The notes beneath the pieces are model-generated. The model ran no database searches, had not been told where the DNA came from, and saw nothing but the letters and a program-made list of their open reading frames with translations. 64,000 nt of DNA from an uncultured delta proteobacterium. GTDB lineage: Bacteria > Desulfobacterota > Binatia > JACPRU01. Location: NCBI GenBank assembly GCA_963745025.1, contig CAVUWD010000013.1, positions 224,001-288,000 on the forward strand, read 5' to 3'. Shown here one piece after another: positions 10,913-19,635 of the stretch (its first letter is position 1; every line of letters begins with the position of its first letter). A program made the translations under genes and the position numbers.

Positions 10913-10928
10913 AGCATGAGTCGTGCCG
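10913..10928 (-). promoter_or_regulatory. sigma-54 promoter
   Basis: Minus strand CGGCACGACTCATGCT upstream of the FDH operon. Confidence 0.6.
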
Positions 10929-11009
10929 GAGGCGCTTGCCAAGCGATATGCGTAGCGAACTCTTGACGTAGAGGGTAAACCGAAAGCGCCACCGGCGACA
11001 GCCACGGCC

Positions 11010-12773
11010 ATGAAGAACCCACAGGTCGCGCAAATCTTTCGGGAGATCTCGGCGTTGCTCGACATGGAGGGCGTGCCGTTCAAGCCGCGCGCCTACGAGA
11101 AGGCCGCGGCGTCGATTGCGGCGCTCGAAGATCCCATCGAGGAGATCTTCGCGCGCGGAGGCGTCAAGGCGCTCGAAACGATTCCCGGCATCGGCAAGTC
11201 GTTCGCCGCCAAGATCGCGGAGTTTCTCACCAGCGGAAAAGTCGCGGACCACGAGAAGCTCCGCGCCGCGACGCCGGTCGATCTCGATCGCCTGCTCGGA
11301 ATCGAGGGCCTCGGCCCGAAGGGGATCAAATCGCTCTACGAGCATATCGGAGTCCGCACGCTCGCCGATCTCGAAGCGGCCGCGCGCGCCGGCAAGATCC
11401 GGCACGTTCCGGGGTTCGGTGAAAAGAGCGAGCAGAAGATCCTTCAGGGGATTGGCTTCCTGCAGGCCCGCGCCGGGCGGCTGCCGATCGGTGCAGTGCT
11501 GCCGCTCGCGCGCGAGATCGAAGCGCGCCTCGGCGAGATCCGCGGGGTCAAGCAGGTGGCGATCGCCGGCAGCATCCGCCGGCGAAAGGAAACGATCGGC
11601 GACATGGACTTCCTGGTCGTCGCGTCGGATCCGGCGCTCGTCATGGAGCGCTTCGCGACCATGCCCGAAGTCGCCGTCGTCCACGCGCGGGGCTCGACCA
11701 AGGGGTCGGTGCGATTGTCGATCGGCATGGATGCGGACTTGCGGCTGGTTCCCGCAGGGAGCTTCGGAGCCGCGCTGCAGTACTTCACGGGCAGCAAGGA
11801 TCACAGCGTGGCCTGCCGCAAGATCGCCATCGAGAAGGGCTTGAAGCTGAACGAGTACGGAGTCTTTCGCGGGTCGCGATCGATCGCCGGGCGCAGCGAA
11901 GAAGAGGTCTACGCGGCGCTCGGCCTGCCGTGGATCGCGCCCGAGCTGCGCGAGGACCGAGGAGAGATCGCTGCGGCGCTCGCCGGCAAGCTCCCGCACC
12001 TGCTCGACTACGGAAGCCTGCGCGGCGATCTGCAGACGCAAACCAGCTGGACCGACGGTGCCGACTCGATCGAGGCGATGGCCCGGGCCGCGAAGCAGCT
12101 CGGCCTCGAGTACATCGCGATCACCGACCATACGCAAAGCTTGGCGATGACGCGCGGCTCGGACGAGAAAAAGCTGCGCCGCCAAATGGCCGACATCGAC
12201 GCGATCAACGGCAAGTTGCGGGGCATTCGGATCTTGAAGGGAGCCGAAGTCAACATCCAGCGCGACGGGACGCTCGACATCGACGACGCGACGCTCGCGG
12301 TGCTCGATGTCGTCGGTGTCGCGGTTCACTCCCACTTCCATCTCCCTCGCAAGGAGATGACCGCGCGAATTTGCCGCGCCATGCGGAATCCCCACGCCGA
12401 CATCCTCTTTCACCCAACCGGGCGGGTGCTCGGCAGGCGCGAGCCCTACGAGGTCGATTTCGAAGAGATCGTCCGGGTGGCGCTCGAGACCGGGACCGCC
12501 TTGGAGATCGACGCCTTCCCCGATCGGCTGGACCTGAACGACGACCATGCCCGGCGCGCGGTGGAGGCCGGGGTGAAGCTCACCATCGATTCCGATGCCC
12601 ACTCGGCGGCGCATTTTCCTTTCCTCGACTATGGTATCGCGGTCGCGCGGCGTGGATGGGTCGAGGCGAAGAACGTGCTCAACACTCAGCCCGTGGAGCG
12701 GCTGCTGGCCTCGCTGAAGGGCGGTCCGGGCCCGGGCCGAAAGGGTAGCGGCAGGCGCCATTCTCAACGGTAG
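11010..12773 (+). CDS. polX: DNA polymerase X / PHP-domain protein
   Basis: HhH motifs, AGSIRRRKETIGDMDFL, YFTGSKDH, LNEYG; PHP motifs AITDH, HPTGR, IDSDAH. Confidence 0.93.
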   Translation: MKNPQVAQIFREISALLDMEGVPFKPRAYEKAAASIAALEDPIEEIFARGGVKALETIPGIGKSFAAKIAEFLTSGKVADHEKLRAATPVDLDRLLGIEGLGPKGIKSLYEHIGVRTLADLEAAARAGKIRHVPGFGEKSEQKILQGIGFLQARAGRLPIGAVLPLAREIEARLGEIRGVKQVAIAGSIRRRKETIGDMDFLVVASDPALVMERFATMPEVAVVHARGSTKGSVRLSIGMDADLRLVPAGSFGAALQYFTGSKDHSVACRKIAIEKGLKLNEYGVFRGSRSIAGRSEEEVYAALGLPWIAPELREDRGEIAAALAGKLPHLLDYGSLRGDLQTQTSWTDGADSIEAMARAAKQLGLEYIAITDHTQSLAMTRGSDEKKLRRQMADIDAINGKLRGIRILKGAEVNIQRDGTLDIDDATLAVLDVVGVAVHSHFHLPRKEMTARICRAMRNPHADILFHPTGRVLGRREPYEVDFEEIVRVALETGTALEIDAFPDRLDLNDDHARRAVEAGVKLTIDSDAHSAAHFPFLDYGIAVARRGWVEAKNVLNTQPVERLLASLKGGPGPGRKGSGRRHSQR

Positions 12774-12807
12774 GAACGAGGGCGAGACGGTTTCTCAGCG
12801 CTTGGAA
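12761..12807. promoter_or_regulatory. tandem candidate activator sites
   Basis: TTCTCA-ACGG-TAGGAA (12761) and TTCTCA-GCGC-TTGGAA (12792), 31 bp apart. Confidence 0.6.
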
Positions 12808-12836
12808 GGATCGGCGGGTCCCCGGCTTCGCGAGCC

Positions 12837-12852
12837 GGGCACGGTCCATGCT
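12837..12852 (+). promoter_or_regulatory. sigma-54 promoter
   Basis: GGGCACGGTCCATGCT; ATG 14 nt after the -12 C. Confidence 0.65.
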
Positions 12853-12864
12853 TTTCGACGGTAC

Positions 12865-13536
12865 ATGATGCGAAAGACGGATGACCAAATTCGCAAGGAA
12901 GTGCTCGACGAGCTCGAGTGGGACAGCCGGCTCGCCTCGTCCGAGATCGGCGCCCACGTGAGAGACGGCGTGGTGACGCTGATCGGGACGACCGGGAGCT
13001 ATGCCGCAAAGCTCGCGGCCGAGGAGGGCGCGCACCGCATCCCCGGTGTGCTCGACGTGGCGAACGACATCCAGGTGAGGACCGTGGGCAAGGCCGCGCG
13101 CAGCGACAGCGAGCTCGCCCAGGCCGTGCGGCGAACGCTCGAGTGGGATGCGCTCGTCGACGACGAGAGCATCCATTCGACCGTGTCGGACGGCTGGGTG
13201 ACTCTCAGCGGCACGGTCGATCGGCTGCGTGAGCGCGAAGATGCGGAACGCGCGGTGCGACATCTCACCGGTGTCCGCGGCGTCACCAACGCGATCGAGG
13301 TCCTCGGCCCGCCGCCGAACGCGGAGAAGCTCCGCGAAAAGCTTCTCGGTGCTCTCGAACGGCGCGCGCGCCGCGAAGCGCGACACATTCGCGTGCAGGT
13401 GGAGGAGCATTCGGTGACGCTGTCCGGTAAGGTCGACTCCTGGCTCGAGAAGCGCGCCGTGCTCGGCATCGTGTCTCACACGCCCGGCGTCCGGCGAGTC
13501 AACGACGCTCTCGAAGTCGATCCGTACCACTCCTAG
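12865..13536 (+). CDS. triple-BON domain (OsmY-like) protein
   Basis: Three repeats of D..I...V...L.WD / G.VTL.G.V / GV..V.N. Confidence 0.9.
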   Translation: MMRKTDDQIRKEVLDELEWDSRLASSEIGAHVRDGVVTLIGTTGSYAAKLAAEEGAHRIPGVLDVANDIQVRTVGKAARSDSELAQAVRRTLEWDALVDDESIHSTVSDGWVTLSGTVDRLREREDAERAVRHLTGVRGVTNAIEVLGPPPNAEKLREKLLGALERRARREARHIRVQVEEHSVTLSGKVDSWLEKRAVLGIVSHTPGVRRVNDALEVDPYHS

Positions 13537-13544
13537 AGCCAAGG

Positions 13545-14828
13545 GTGCGCGTCGCTTCCGAAACGCCCGCCTCGATTGCGCTCGGCATCCGCGCGAACCT
13601 CGCACAGTTCGTACTGCTCGTCGTCGTCAATGCCTTCGTCGGCGCGATGGTGGGGATGGAGCGCAGCATCCTGCCGGCGATCGCCGAGCAGGACTTCCAT
13701 CTCGCGGCACGGACCGCGATCCTCTCCTTCATCGTCGTTTTCGGGGTCACCAAGGCGCTGACGAACTATCTCGCCGGCCGGCTGTCGGACGTGTACGGTC
13801 GAAAGGCGATCCTCGTCGGCGGCTGGCTGGTCGCGGGCCCGGTGCCGTTTCTGCTCATGTGGGCGCCCTCCTGGAGGTGGGTGCTGATTGCCAACGGGCT
13901 GCTCGGAGTCAGTCAGGGGCTCACGTGGTCCACCACGGTGATCATGAAGATCGATCTCGCCGGGCCGAAAAGCCGCGGGCTCGCGATGGGGCTGAACGAG
14001 TTTGCCGGCTACCTCGCCGTCGCTGCGTCCGCTCTCGCGACGGGCTACATCGCCTCCCGCTTCGGCCTGCGGCCAGAGCCCTTCTATCTGGGGATCGGCT
14101 TCGTCGCCGGCGGTCTCGTGCTCTCTGCGGCCTTTGTTCGCGAGACCCACCACCACGTTTGCCACGAGGCGAAGCTCGACGGTGGGCTCCTTCCGGAAGA
14201 GATTCCGTCACCCCGCGCGGTATTCGCGCGCACCTCGCTCGGCGACCGCGACCTCTCGGCAGTGAGCCAAGCGGGGCTGGTCAACAACCTGAACGACGGG
14301 ATGGCCTGGGGGCTGTTCCCCCTGTTCTTCGCCGCCTCGGGCATGACTCTCGCCGAGATCGGCTGGCTCGCCGCCATCTATCCCGGGGTGTGGGGCATCG
14401 GGCAGCTCTGCACCGGCGTGTTGTCCGACCGCGTCGGCCGCAAATCGCTCATCGTCGGCGGCATGTGGGCACAGGCGCTCGGAATCGTCGTGACGGTGCT
14501 CTCGAAGACGTTTCTCGGCTTTGCCACGGGCGGTCTGTTCCTCGGCGTCGGTACCGCCATGGTGTACCCGACCTTGCTCGCCGCGATCGGTGACGTGGCG
14601 CACCCGACGTGGCGCGCCTCGGCCGTCGGGGTCTACCGCCTCTGGCGCGATCTCGGATACGCAGTGGGCGCCCTCCTCGCCGGCGTCGTGGCCGACGCGC
14701 TCGGGGTTGCCACGGCGATCTGGACGATTGCGCTGCTGACGTTCGGGTCGGGCCTTGTCGTTGCCTTCCGCATGAGCGAGACATTGGCGAGGGCGAGGAC
14801 TGCTGCCGCCCAGGGACGGACGGCTTGA
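13545..14828 (+). CDS. MFS transporter
   Basis: About 12 hydrophobic segments; GRLSDVYGRK and GVLSDRVGRK motif A. Confidence 0.9.
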   Translation: MRVASETPASIALGIRANLAQFVLLVVVNAFVGAMVGMERSILPAIAEQDFHLAARTAILSFIVVFGVTKALTNYLAGRLSDVYGRKAILVGGWLVAGPVPFLLMWAPSWRWVLIANGLLGVSQGLTWSTTVIMKIDLAGPKSRGLAMGLNEFAGYLAVAASALATGYIASRFGLRPEPFYLGIGFVAGGLVLSAAFVRETHHHVCHEAKLDGGLLPEEIPSPRAVFARTSLGDRDLSAVSQAGLVNNLNDGMAWGLFPLFFAASGMTLAEIGWLAAIYPGVWGIGQLCTGVLSDRVGRKSLIVGGMWAQALGIVVTVLSKTFLGFATGGLFLGVGTAMVYPTLLAAIGDVAHPTWRASAVGVYRLWRDLGYAVGALLAGVVADALGVATAIWTIALLTFGSGLVVAFRMSETLARARTAAAQGRTA

Positions 14829-15709
14829 TGCGCTGGGTGCTTCTGTCGCTCTTGCTTGCGGGTGTGGCGTCCGCGGCAGGGCCGGTCGATAAATCCGAGA
14901 TCGAGCGTGGGCGTAAGCTGTACGTCCTCGACTGTGCTCGCTGCCACGGCAACGGCGCCACCGGCGATGGTCCAGACGGACGCGCGCTCGAAGCCCGTCC
15001 CGCGGACCTCCGCCGCGGTGACGTCCTCGGCACGCACACCGACGAGCAGCTCATCACCCGCATTCGCGAGGGTCAGCCGAGACTCCGGCTCGTGTTGCCG
15101 ATGCCGCGCCGATCGAGCGAGACCGAAGCGATCGAGGAATTCCTGCGCAGTATCCCGTCCGTTCGCTGGCCGCTCGCAGATACCGGTCGCGCGCTCTATC
15201 TCAGTCGCTGCGACGACTGTCACGGACGCTACGGACACGGCGACGGCGCGGCGCTGGATCGATCGCGTCGCGCTCCGCGCGACCTTTCGGATCCGAGCTT
15301 CCAGCATCAGGTGACGGATCGAGAACTCGCTCTGTTGGTTCGCCATGCGAAGCCGGGAATGCCCAAGCTTCACCCTCCACCGAGTGAAGCGGAGGCACCT
15401 CCGCTCGTGAGCTTCGTCCGGCTTCTCTCTCCGGGCTACGAACTCTATTACCGCTACTGTGTCACCTGCCACGGTCCTCACGGAAGAAGCGGCGAGACCA
15501 AAGCCGGTGGGCGGCCGCGCTTCGTCTTCGACGAGCGCTACTTCCGCAGCCTCTACGCCGAGGATCTTCGCGAGCGGATCTGGCACATGCTACGCGGCGT
15601 GAAGCCCGAGATGCCGCACTTGGAGGCCGCGCTCACCATCGGCGAAGTCAAGGCGATCCTCGCCTACCTGCGATCGCTTCCCAAGCTTCCGACAGGGGCG
15701 CCGGGCTAG
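14828..15709 (+). CDS. exported triheme cytochrome c (paralog B)
   Basis: MRWVLLSLLLAGVASA signal; CARCH, CDDCH, CVTCH; TGATG coupling to the MFS gene. Confidence 0.85.
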   Translation: MRWVLLSLLLAGVASAAGPVDKSEIERGRKLYVLDCARCHGNGATGDGPDGRALEARPADLRRGDVLGTHTDEQLITRIREGQPRLRLVLPMPRRSSETEAIEEFLRSIPSVRWPLADTGRALYLSRCDDCHGRYGHGDGAALDRSRRAPRDLSDPSFQHQVTDRELALLVRHAKPGMPKLHPPPSEAEAPPLVSFVRLLSPGYELYYRYCVTCHGPHGRSGETKAGGRPRFVFDERYFRSLYAEDLRERIWHMLRGVKPEMPHLEAALTIGEVKAILAYLRSLPKLPTGAPG

Positions 15710-15744
15710 GGGTCTATCACCCTACGTTCGCAGAAGAGAACAGC

Positions 15745-15963
15745 GCGGTCGGTTGTGATCGGCCCGTACTCGGGTCGATCACAACCGACCGCAACGGCGC
15801 GAAGCGCCGAAGACAATAACCCGCGAGGTGGGCTATTGCCTCCGCGCTTGCGCAACGGCGCGAAGCGCCGAAGGCAATAACCCGCGAGGTGGGCTATTCG
15901 CGCTTGCGCGCGGTGGCTTGATCTTCCGGTCGACCCGAGTACGGGCCGACCGGAAGATCAAGC
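15745..15963. repeat. structured palindromic element copy 1 (REP/REPIN-like)
   Basis: Two 48-nt hairpins (15745-15792 and 15916-15963), each a 22-bp stem with a TACT loop, in opposite orientation. They flank a 47-bp direct repeat (15791-15837 / 15852-15898, 1 mismatch). Confidence 0.85.
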
Positions 15964-16037
15964 GCTTGACGGATTTCCGAAGTTCTTGGCGAAGACTTAG
16001 GCCTTGCGTAAGGCGTTTTGGACGGACTCCATCAACC

Positions 16038-17036
16038 TCACGCCCCTTGAGCGAGCTGTGCGAGCTGTCCCAGGCTCGTGCGCTCGCCAATCACCACCAG
16101 GTAGTCGCCCTCGCTGACCGGGGTCGAACCGTCGGGCGTGATGCGCGTCGGCTCCCCGTTCCGCTTGAGCGCGACGATGCGTAGGCGCGGACTCTGCTGC
16201 TCGAGCGCGCCTATCGTGCGCCCGACCATCGCGCATGCCGCGGCTACGCGGATTTCCTCGAGCGCGACGTCCTCCTCGCCGCGCCCGAGCGTCGAGATCT
16301 CGAGGAAGTCGACGACCGCGGGGCGAAGGATCGAGGCCGCGATCCGCGCCCCGCCGCTCTGGTAGGCGGAGATCACTTGAGTGGCTCCGGCGAGCCGCAG
16401 CCGGCGCGCGCCGGCTTCCGATTCCGCGCGCGAGTGGATGCGGATGCGGGAATTCCGCTCACGAGCGGAGAGCGTGATGAACACGTTGTCGGAGTCGGAC
16501 GGCGTGGCCACGACGATCGCGCGTGCTCGGTCCACGCCTGCGTGATCGAGCGTCTCGTCCAACAGCGCCGAGCCGATCAAGTAGGGAACGCCGAGCGAGG
16601 CGAGATCGTCCTTCTTGGCCGAATCGGTATCGATGATGACGAGGGGCGAACGACTGCGCAGCAGCTCCTCGACGACGGCCCGACCGAAACGGCCGAAGCC
16701 GCAAACGATCACGTGGTTTTCGAGCCTGGCGATCTCGCGTTCCATCACGTTCCTCCCGAAGACTTCGCGCAGTTCGCCCTCGATGACCAACTTGGCGAAC
16801 TGAGAGAGCAGATACAGGGCGGCCCCCACCCCGGTCATGATGAGGAAGACGGTGAAGAGCTTGCCCCCGGCGGTCACCGGGACCACGTCTCCGTATCCCA
16901 CCGTAGAGATCGTGACCATGGTGAGATAAAAGGCATTCACCACGGTCAGGCGCTCGAGCACCATGTAGCCGACCGTTCCGAGCACGATCAGCGCAAGGAG
17001 CGCCGCCAGCGGCGTCAGGAAGCGCCAGCGCAACAT
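16038..17036 (-). CDS. potassium channel with TrkA-N/TrkA-C (RCK) domains
   Basis: TISTVGYGD selectivity filter; VIVCGFGRFG Rossmann motif. Confidence 0.9.
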   Translation of the reverse strand: MLRWRFLTPLAALLALIVLGTVGYMVLERLTVVNAFYLTMVTISTVGYGDVVPVTAGGKLFTVFLIMTGVGAALYLLSQFAKLVIEGELREVFGRNVMEREIARLENHVIVCGFGRFGRAVVEELLRSRSPLVIIDTDSAKKDDLASLGVPYLIGSALLDETLDHAGVDRARAIVVATPSDSDNVFITLSARERNSRIRIHSRAESEAGARRLRLAGATQVISAYQSGGARIAASILRPAVVDFLEISTLGRGEEDVALEEIRVAAACAMVGRTIGALEQQSPRLRIVALKRNGEPTRITPDGSTPVSEGDYLVVIGERTSLGQLAQLAQGA

Positions 17037-17078
17037 GGTCGATCCTCGAGGTGCGGTGCCCCACGGGACGGGGCCAGA

Positions 17079-17126
17079 TTCTCGGAAACGAGGACGATTC
17101 CGCCGTTCTTCTCCCACGGATGAGAA
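17079..17126. promoter_or_regulatory. tandem candidate activator sites
   Basis: TTCTCG-GAAA-CGAGGA (17079) and CTCCCA-CGGA-TGAGAA (17111); no clear sigma-54 core found beside them. Confidence 0.45.
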
Positions 17127-17130
17127 GATA

Positions 17131-17643
17131 TCACTCTTTTGTGGCGATGAGGGCGGCCATCATGCGGTTCTGTTCGCTGCTGGAGCGGGCACGCACCATC
17201 TCGAGAAGCGCCTCGTGATGCCGACCGATTTCGGCGCGGCGGGTTTCGGCGATGTCGGGGAAGCGAGCGATCGGTGAGCTTTGCAGCAGGGTCGTGTAGA
17301 TGATGTCCAACTCGCTGCTTTCCAAGGCAAGAGCGATTGCGAAGGCATCGTCCGGGGTTTCCGCGACCGTCGCCCGGGTTCGTAGCTCGCGGGCGAGCCG
17401 CTCGAGCTCACCGATCGTCTTGCCAAAATCCGCCAAGATCGGCTGTTCGGTGACCGGTCCCTGCTCGAGAAGTTGGCGCCAGGTGCCGAGCTTCTTGCCG
17501 TGCTTTCGCTCGTCCGCGGCCATGTTCGACCAAAACTGGTGAAGCACTGCGTCATCGGTGAACCGCGCGGCCAGAGTGTCGTAAATCTCGGCCGCGGCTT
17601 GTTCGATGCCTGCTGCCCTCCGCAGCAGCCGAACTGCCTCCAT
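17131..17643 (-). CDS. ferritin-like/rubrerythrin-family protein
   Basis: AAGIEQAAAEIY..FWSNMAADERKH..ALALE..HHEAL four-helix carboxylate pattern. Confidence 0.75.
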   Translation of the reverse strand: MEAVRLLRRAAGIEQAAAEIYDTLAARFTDDAVLHQFWSNMAADERKHGKKLGTWRQLLEQGPVTEQPILADFGKTIGELERLARELRTRATVAETPDDAFAIALALESSELDIIYTTLLQSSPIARFPDIAETRRAEIGRHHEALLEMVRARSSSEQNRMMAALIATKE

Positions 17644-17655
17644 GTGGGCAGGCAT

Positions 17656-17686
17656 TCCAAGATCCATGCCGGGCACGAGGGTTGCT
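17656..17686. promoter_or_regulatory. back-to-back divergent sigma-54 promoters
   Basis: Minus CGGCATGGATCTTGGA (17656-17671) and plus GGGCACGAGGGTTGCT (17671-17686); each -12 position is 14 nt from a start codon. Confidence 0.65.
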
Positions 17687-17698
17687 TGCTTCGAGCTC

Positions 17699-18571
17699 GT
17701 GAGTCCGAAGGCCGACGGTCAGCACAAGGCGGAAAACTCGTGGTCGACCCAAGCGACGATTCGCTTCGGTGACCTGCTGCGCCTCTATCACCGGCACCAG
17801 GTGCTGGGAATCGCCAATCTTCGCAGGGCGCTCGACGCCGACCGTCCCGTGCTTCTGATCGGCAATCACAGCATGGACGTTGCCGATCCCTTCATGCTCC
17901 GCGCGGCGATCTACCGTGAAACCGGGAGGCTCGTGCAGTTCATCGGCCACGAACTCTTGTTATTCCGCCTGCCCGGCATTCGCTCATTCGCAGCCGAGGC
18001 GGGCGTGATCCCGAGCCAGCATCTCGAGCTCGCGCTGCGTGTGCTCCGCGAGGATGGGATGCTGATGCTCTACCCGGGGGCGGGCTCGGAGGCGGCGTTG
18101 CGGTCGCGCCGGCGAGAGCCCTACCGGCTCAAATGGTACGAGCGGCTCGGCTTCGTCGAGCTCGCGCTTCGCAGCCAGGCGACGCTTCTCTTCGTCGCCG
18201 CGGTCGGTGTCGACGAAATGTTCTACCAGACGGACATGCGTGTTCCGTCCCGGCTTTTCGCGCTCGTCGACGGCACCTACCTCGAATCGTACCGCGGCTT
18301 GCGCCTCGAGGTGGGCAGCGCAGGTCTTCACCTGATACCGGGCATCTTCCCGTGGCCCGTGAAGGTCACGCACGAAATTTCAAGACCCCTGCGCCTCGAT
18401 CGGTCGATCGATGTGACCGACCGCGCTGCGCTCGAGAAGGGGCAGATCCGCATCTGGGCGAAGTGCCAGAAGCTCCTCGATCAGGCAGTCGCGGTGCGCG
18501 ATCGTCGATCGGACTGGCTCGACGCGGCACTGCGCCGCGGGGTGCGGGCGCTTCAGGCGATCGGACTCTGA
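17699..18571 (+). CDS. lysophospholipid/diacylglycerol acyltransferase (PlsC/DAGAT-like)
   Basis: LLIGNHSMDVAD, LYPGAGSEA, GFVELAL. Confidence 0.75.
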   Translation: MSPKADGQHKAENSWSTQATIRFGDLLRLYHRHQVLGIANLRRALDADRPVLLIGNHSMDVADPFMLRAAIYRETGRLVQFIGHELLLFRLPGIRSFAAEAGVIPSQHLELALRVLREDGMLMLYPGAGSEAALRSRRREPYRLKWYERLGFVELALRSQATLLFVAAVGVDEMFYQTDMRVPSRLFALVDGTYLESYRGLRLEVGSAGLHLIPGIFPWPVKVTHEISRPLRLDRSIDVTDRAALEKGQIRIWAKCQKLLDQAVAVRDRRSDWLDAALRRGVRALQAIGL

Positions 18572-18582
18572 ATGCACACCAA

Positions 18583-18598
18583 CGGCACGAACCTTGGA
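18583..18598 (+). promoter_or_regulatory. sigma-54-like promoter (TTGG variant)
   Basis: CGGCACGAACCTTGGA. Confidence 0.5.
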
Positions 18599-18638
18599 CG
18601 GTCGTGGCCAGGACTTTGAAGCGAAAGTAGACACAATC

Positions 18639-18827
18639 ATGTCACTGATACGCTGGGATCCGTTTCGAGCGATTCGTCATCGAGCCGAATCCTTCGACGA
18701 ATTCTTTCGCCGCTTCGAACCTGCGTTGGCCCGCGGCGAGCCCAATGGCGAGTCGATGGAGCGCGCTACCGAGGTCGCCGGATCGGAGAACCAGGTGACC
18801 GTGAAGATGACCATTCCCGTCAGCTGA
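18639..18827 (+). pseudogene. Hsp20 N-terminal remnant
   Basis: MSLIRWDPFR...FDEFFRRF...EVAGSENQVTVKMTIP*; typical sHSP N-terminus stopping at the start of the alpha-crystallin domain. Confidence 0.7.
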
Positions 18828-18832
18828 GTGCC

Positions 18833-19264
18833 ATGACCAAGAAGCGTCCGCGCAAACCGATTCTCGTTCGGGACTGTATGAGCCGCCCTGCGATGACGTT
18901 GCGTGCCGACAGGAACGTGCTGGTGGCCAAGGAGATCATGGATTGGGGAAACGTCCGCCACGTTCCTGTCGTCGATCAAACCGGGGCCGTCGTCGGGCTC
19001 GTCAGCCAGCGGGACGTGCTTCACGCTTCGCTGTCCTCGGTGGAGGCGATTCCGGATGCCGCGCGGAACCTCAGTCTTTGTACGATCGAGGTACGCAAGG
19101 TCATGCGTTCGCCGGTGCGCACGATCGCGCCGGATGCGCCGGTTCAAGAAGCGGCCCGCATCATGCGTCGCCAGAAGGTCGGCTGCCTGCCGGTCGTAGA
19201 CCAGGGAAAGCTCGTCGGCATCGTCTCCGAGCACGACCTCCTCCGTCTGGTCGAGGAGCTCTGA
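18833..19264 (+). CDS. CBS-pair protein
   Basis: VRHVPVVD..GLVSQRD; VGCLPVVD.GKLVGIVSEHD. Confidence 0.9.
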   Translation: MTKKRPRKPILVRDCMSRPAMTLRADRNVLVAKEIMDWGNVRHVPVVDQTGAVVGLVSQRDVLHASLSSVEAIPDAARNLSLCTIEVRKVMRSPVRTIAPDAPVQEAARIMRRQKVGCLPVVDQGKLVGIVSEHDLLRLVEEL

Positions 19265-19408
19265 GCTACTAGTTCCGAGAATCGTCGCGCCACGCAAAGA
19301 ATTTTGGGGAACCTGTGACAAATTTCGGCACTTGGGTTGCGGGCGTCAGCCCGCGCTAAGGGGTAACGCCTTCCGTTGCCGTACGAGGGCTGCGGTATGC
19401 TGGAGAAC

Positions 19409-19576
19409 GCGGCTGGTTTGTGGTCGGATCCGTACTCGGGTCGACCGCAAATCAGCCGCCACCGCGCGAAAGCGCGGAACGCAATAACACTCGAGGCTGG
19501 TCTATTGCTTTCCGCGCGCCGCGCGGTGGCTGGAGTTTCCGGCCGGGACGAGTACATCCCAACCGGAGACTCCAGC
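19409..19576. repeat. structured palindromic element copy 2
   Basis: TACT-loop hairpins at 19409-19459 (+) and 19529-19576 (-); core GCGCGAAAGCGC..GCAATAAC..CTATTGC..GCGCGGTGGC homologous to copy 1. Confidence 0.8.
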
Positions 19577-19635
19577 GCTTCTCGGAATTCGCAGCGATCG
19601 TGCAGAGACTTGGATACCTCTGAACGCTCGCGCCG

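Noticed and set aside
9984-12767. 927-aa minus-strand ORF
   Set aside because: The first ~630 codons are the antisense shadow of polX; only the part from 10868 is the real NuoEF gene
15791-15898. Direct repeat as a mini CRISPR array
   Set aside because: Only two 47-bp units with a 14-bp gap, no cas genes, and it is embedded in the palindromic element
15709-16030. MITE terminal inverted repeats (GGGGTCTATC / GACGGACTCC)
   Set aside because: Only 7/10 match, no clear target duplication, and not evident around copy 2
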